NCBI GenBank assembly: GCA_040384905.1
Contig: JAZKIJ010000025.1
Location: 1-36,478 of the forward strand
Direction: 5' to 3'
From: Patescibacteria group bacterium
GTDB taxonomy: Bacteria; Patescibacteriota; Minisyncoccia; Phycocordibacterales; UBA918
DNA: 36,478 bases
This document shows positions 32,983 through 36,478 of this stretch, piece after piece. Position 1 is the stretch's first letter; every line of letters begins with the position of its first letter. The notes beneath the pieces were generated by a model. That model was not told where the DNA came from. It was given only the letters and a program-made list of their open reading frames with translations, and ran no database searches. A program made the position numbers and the translations under genes.

Positions 32983-34329
32983 ATGAAACGTTCTTTTGAT
33001 GTAGCAACCAGTGACGATAGCGAACGACAGCGTCAAACGCTGGATTATGTGCTGGCTGAAGCTAATCAGGCAAAACAGAAACGTGAGCAAGTTCCAAAAG
33101 TTTCCATTACTGAAGCCAGGCATGGTGAATCGCATTTTGAAATAGCGTCCAGTCGTGAGACGACGAGGCTTTTATTTATTTCCCAAGATACGTCACTGTT
33201 AAATCAGTCAACGCAAAGTCTCGATGGGTATCTTAATATGCGAGATGTGTTTGATGAGGTGCATATAGTTATTTTGCAACGGGGGAGAGCGGCTCGGAAT
33301 CCGGTACTACGGGTAGCGGATAATGTCTGGATGTACGTGGTTGCGGCTCCGTCAGGGTTGTCGTTATTACAAGAGGCAAAAAAGGCAATTGTTCAACAAT
33401 TAGAATTTGCAGAAGGTTTCAGGGCAGATTTGATTGTGGCGCGGGACCCGCTTGAGAGTGGATTGGTCGCGTTGTGGGCGAGTAAAAAATATAATCGTCC
33501 GTCCCAGCTCCATATCATTGATGATTACACCAATAGTCAGTTTTTAAAAAAGTTTTATTACCCGCGACTAACGCGACACTTGTATCGCTATGTTATAAAG
33601 CGCTTTACCAGTATCCGTACCAGCACAGATGTGTTACGGGAGTCCGTAAGTAAACAAGTGCCTGAGGGAACAAACGTAGAGACGTTGCCTCGATTTCATA
33701 ATTTTGCCGCTTTAACTCACTACGACACAGGCTTTAATATCAAAAATAAATACACGCAATTTTCGTTTATTATTTTATATATTGGTAATCTCTACCATGG
33801 CTGTCGAGCGTTCCAAGCTATGGATGCGTCGCGAGACGTGATGCGCAGTCCTAAAGTTGGGTTAGTGATTGTGGGAGATGGGGAAGCTCGGGGCGAGTTA
33901 CAAAAACGAGCCACGCTGTTAGGTATTCCTACGCAAATTGTGTTTGAAAAATCCGTAGAGGATATTTCAAGTTACTTAAAAACAGCTGATGTGTTAGTGG
34001 TGCCGGACATAGATCCATTAAGTGATGAGGTGGCTCTACAAGGAGCGGCGGCGGGTATTCCACTTGTGCTCGCTAAAACCCAGCAACGCACGGATTTGTT
34101 TACTCATGAAGTGTCGGCGTTATTTTACGAAAATGCCGATACCATGAGTTTAACAGCCGCAATTAAACGAGTACTTAACGACTTGAGTGCTCGTACGGAA
34201 CTATCGCAAAATGCGCGCCAGGTGATAGATGAGAAACTGCATGAAGATCCGTTAGCGTATCGATTGCAATACCGAGAAAGCGTCGAGGCGGCTTTATTTA
34301 CTGAGGATAGCGAAGAGACTCCGGCGTAA
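32983..34329 (+). CDS. Divergent GT4-like glycosyltransferase with a charged N-terminal extension
   Basis: The GT-B C-domain layout is recognisable (VGLVIVGDGEARGELQKRATLLGI...ADVLVVPDIDPLSDEVALQGAAAGIPLVLAKT), but the EX7E region is degenerate. The first 60 aa or so are polar and charged. Confidence 0.45.
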   Translation: MKRSFDVATSDDSERQRQTLDYVLAEANQAKQKREQVPKVSITEARHGESHFEIASSRETTRLLFISQDTSLLNQSTQSLDGYLNMRDVFDEVHIVILQRGRAARNPVLRVADNVWMYVVAAPSGLSLLQEAKKAIVQQLEFAEGFRADLIVARDPLESGLVALWASKKYNRPSQLHIIDDYTNSQFLKKFYYPRLTRHLYRYVIKRFTSIRTSTDVLRESVSKQVPEGTNVETLPRFHNFAALTHYDTGFNIKNKYTQFSFIILYIGNLYHGCRAFQAMDASRDVMRSPKVGLVIVGDGEARGELQKRATLLGIPTQIVFEKSVEDISSYLKTADVLVVPDIDPLSDEVALQGAAAGIPLVLAKTQQRTDLFTHEVSALFYENADTMSLTAAIKRVLNDLSARTELSQNARQVIDEKLHEDPLAYRLQYRESVEAALFTEDSEETPA

Positions 34330-34364
34330 GGTAATAGCATATACTAAAGTAATAATTATCTGCT

Positions 34365-35219
34365 ATGCATATTCAAAAACATGCACCAAAATTTATCGGT
34401 ATCGGGGGTAAAGGTACTGGCTTGGGTTTAATTACGCGGTTACTTGAAGCGCATCCCGATGTTCATGGACCACTACCCAACGTAGGGTTCTTTTGTGGGT
34501 ATCACGGCAACCAGACTGACTTATCGGTGTATGAGAAAGCGCTCGCCCTTACTTCAGCGACACCAAAATCGGGGGAGTCTTGCCCGGATTATTTAGCCGC
34601 ACCGAAAGCGGCTGCGTTTATTGCTGATACCTATCCCGATGCAAAATTATTTGTTGTCCTGCGAAATCCAATTGATCGAGCGATTGTAGAGTATGAGCAT
34701 GTAAAAGCGACCCGACAAATTGATCGTAGTGTTTCGTGTGCGCAATACATGACTAATCATCCAAGTGCACAAACGGATGGATTTTATGCGCGCCATTTAA
34801 ATAAGTACTTTGGATTTTATTCACCGTTACAGTTATATGTGATTGTGTACGAAGATTTTATTAAAGATCCCCTAGTTACGATGCAAAAGTTGTATGATTT
34901 TTTAGAACTAAAAAAAGATTTTATTCCCAAGCAGTTGGAAGCGTACGCTCCGCCACCGGACGAACCGGTGCATCCCGGGCGCATTACCCGATTAATTCGA
35001 TTTATAGGTTCATTAATTCGTAAGGTTCGCCCCAAGAAAGTCCAGGGTCCGTTGGCGCCACCGGCTCCTATCCAAAGTAATTTTTTAGCTTCTTCTGAGT
35101 TGGCCGTTTTTAAAGCCACCTTTGCGGCTGATGCGGCCCAGCTTTCCCATTTGCTTCATAAAGACATGGTTGTAGAGTGGAATTTGGGGATAGAAACCGC
35201 TCCAGAAGTCGTTTCGTAG
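34365..35219 (+). CDS. Sulfotransferase-family protein (PAPS-dependent type)
   Basis: The 5'-PSB-like loop is GIGGKGTGLGLI and the 3'-PB-like motif is VVLRNPIDRAIVEY. Length is 284 aa. Confidence 0.6.
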   Translation: MHIQKHAPKFIGIGGKGTGLGLITRLLEAHPDVHGPLPNVGFFCGYHGNQTDLSVYEKALALTSATPKSGESCPDYLAAPKAAAFIADTYPDAKLFVVLRNPIDRAIVEYEHVKATRQIDRSVSCAQYMTNHPSAQTDGFYARHLNKYFGFYSPLQLYVIVYEDFIKDPLVTMQKLYDFLELKKDFIPKQLEAYAPPPDEPVHPGRITRLIRFIGSLIRKVRPKKVQGPLAPPAPIQSNFLASSELAVFKATFAADAAQLSHLLHKDMVVEWNLGIETAPEVVS

Positions 35220-35301
35220 CCTCCTGTTAGGGTATTGCGCACCTATTGTGGTAATTCGTCTAGATTGGTAGGAATAGGCGCTATGGTATATTTATGACCA
35301 T

Positions 35302-36478
35302 ATGAAAGATATTTTAAAAGGGGTGGTTTTTATTGGTTTATTCGCAATCCCATTTTTAACACTCTATGTTGAGAATGATTTTTTCTTCCCTTTTATTACC
35401 GGTAAGAATTTTTTATTTAGAATTATAGTTGAAGTAGTATTGGCCGCTTGGGTGATGTTGGCGCTGTATGATAGTACGTATCGTCCCCGGTTCTCATGGA
35501 TTTTAGGAACTTTTGGAATATTAATGGCCGTGATGTTAGTGGCAAGTTTACAAGCAGAGCACGTGTCTACGGCTCTGTGGAGTAATTTTGAACGAATGGA
35601 TGGGTACGTCACGTTGATTCACGTCTTTGCCTACTTTGTGGTATTGGGCAGTATGATCAAGACTCCAAAAATGTGGTCGTATTTTCTCCATACGACGGTG
35701 ATGGTCGCGGGATTTGTGGCCTTAAAAGGCTTGTCTCAGCTAGGTGCGGGAACAACGCGAGTAGATAGTACGCTTGGTAACGCTGCCTACATGGCGGTGT
35801 ACATGCTCTTCCATATCTTTTTCTTAATGTATCTCTTTGTACAAACCAAAGTGACTCCGTATCGCGTAGTGTATGTGTTGTTACTTATTTTGTTTGTGTA
35901 TGTGTTGTTGCAAACAGGAACCCGAGGTACAGCCATTGGTCTTGTGACGGGCTCAATTGCTATGGTGGCGTACATTGCGGTGTTTGGTGCGCGATTTAAA
36001 CAAGTACAACGGTACGCGTTAGGAGCGCTCGTTGCTATTGTAGTTGTGGCAGCTAGTTTTATTGCGGCGCGAGATACCGCATTTATTCAAAGTACACCAG
36101 CGTTTGCTCGTATTGCGAACATTGATTTGGGTTCTGACTTAAAAATTCGATCGGTGATTTGGGGAATGTCAGTCGAGGGAGTAAAGGAACGTCCGGTGCT
36201 TGGTTGGGGACAAGGAAACTTTAACTACGTGTTTAATGAACAGTACGACCCAAAACTCTACGGACAAGAACAATGGTTTGATCGGGTGCACAATATTGTC
36301 TTTGATTGGTTGATTGCCGGGGGAATTGTGGGATTGTTGTCCTACTTCTCGATTTTTGCAGCGCTTTTCTATTACTTGGTTATCAAGCCGTGGCGACAAC
36401 CAGAACAATCGTTAAGTGTGGTAGAGCGGGGAATATTGGTTGGATTAATTGTCGGGTACGTCACGCATAACTTGGTGG
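35302..36478 (+). CDS. O-antigen ligase / Wzy_C-domain polytopic membrane protein (3' end outside the window)
   Basis: It is not in the ORF track because no stop codon falls inside the window. Hand translation from ATG 35302 stays open for 392 codons: MKDILKGVVFIGLFAIPFLTLYVENDFFFPFITGKNF...LLQTGTRGTAIGL...LGWGQGNFNYVF...RVHNIVFDWLIAGG. It has many TM helices plus the family-like TRG and GxGxGNF/HN motifs. Confidence 0.65.
   Translation, partial: MKDILKGVVFIGLFAIPFLTLYVENDFFFPFITGKNFLFRIIVEVVLAAWVMLALYDSTYRPRFSWILGTFGILMAVMLVASLQAEHVSTALWSNFERMDGYVTLIHVFAYFVVLGSMIKTPKMWSYFLHTTVMVAGFVALKGLSQLGAGTTRVDSTLGNAAYMAVYMLFHIFFLMYLFVQTKVTPYRVVYVLLLILFVYVLLQTGTRGTAIGLVTGSIAMVAYIAVFGARFKQVQRYALGALVAIVVVAASFIAARDTAFIQSTPAFARIANIDLGSDLKIRSVIWGMSVEGVKERPVLGWGQGNFNYVFNEQYDPKLYGQEQWFDRVHNIVFDWLIAGGIVGLLSYFSIFAALFYYLVIKPWRQPEQSLSVVERGILVGLIVGYVTHNLV

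Noticed and set aside
35364-36408. Three minus-strand track ORFs (35364-35612, 35787-35975, 36169-36408) near the right edge
   Set aside because: They are antisense to a continuous 392-codon plus-strand frame with Wzy_C-like motifs and many TM helices. The plus-strand frame was missed by the track only because it has no stop codon inside the window.

Overview
This 36.5-kb window reads like a small-genome, monoderm-type bacterium. Gene content suggests Patescibacteria/CPR: a compact MetK, an orphan VirD4/TraD-like ATPase, many GT4 genes and a large O-antigen-ligase-like membrane protein. That placement is inference and needs a database search. All long ORFs read cleanly in the standard code (11) with no UGA recoding. 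I recognised no rRNA, tRNA, CRISPR array, transposase or integrase.

The left 15 kb is cell-envelope housekeeping: a DedA-like membrane protein, murD, pgeF-like (-), murC, a DUF218-like gene, a SAM-I-like riboswitch plus compact metK, rsmI, a UDP-glucuronate-epimerase-like SDR, a YkuD-like/S11 DD-carboxypeptidase fusion, and a soluble TraD/VirD4-like ATPase with a Pro-rich tail.

The right 21.5 kb (14995 to the window end) is one long surface-glycan locus. It holds:
- an SDR fused to half of a GT-B glycosyltransferase;
- five GT4 genes and one divergent GT4-like gene;
- an ATP-grasp / PIG-L deacetylase / HAD trio;
- an AT-rich sub-island (about 23.4-32.9 kb) with a LamG protein, four O-methyltransferase-type genes, a Wzx-like flippase, a GT4 gene, an SDR, gmd, a sugar C-methyltransferase and a cupin;
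- a sulfotransferase;
- a 3'-truncated Wzy_C/O-antigen-ligase-like membrane protein that I found by hand translation (it is not in the ORF track).

The most unusual observations are:
1. A duplicated murC promoter/5' end brackets an AT-rich 0.9-kb insert.
2. The glycan locus is modular and compositionally mosaic, with deacetylation/amide-ligation, heavy methylation and sulfation modules.
3. A YkuD domain lacks its catalytic Cys.
4. An SDR is fused to a half-GT.
5. About 340 nt of structured non-coding sequence follows rsmI, and a roughly 40-nt intergenic element occurs three times.
6. Many genes have a TATACT-like -10 hexamer 6-8 nt upstream of the ATG, which suggests leaderless mRNAs.
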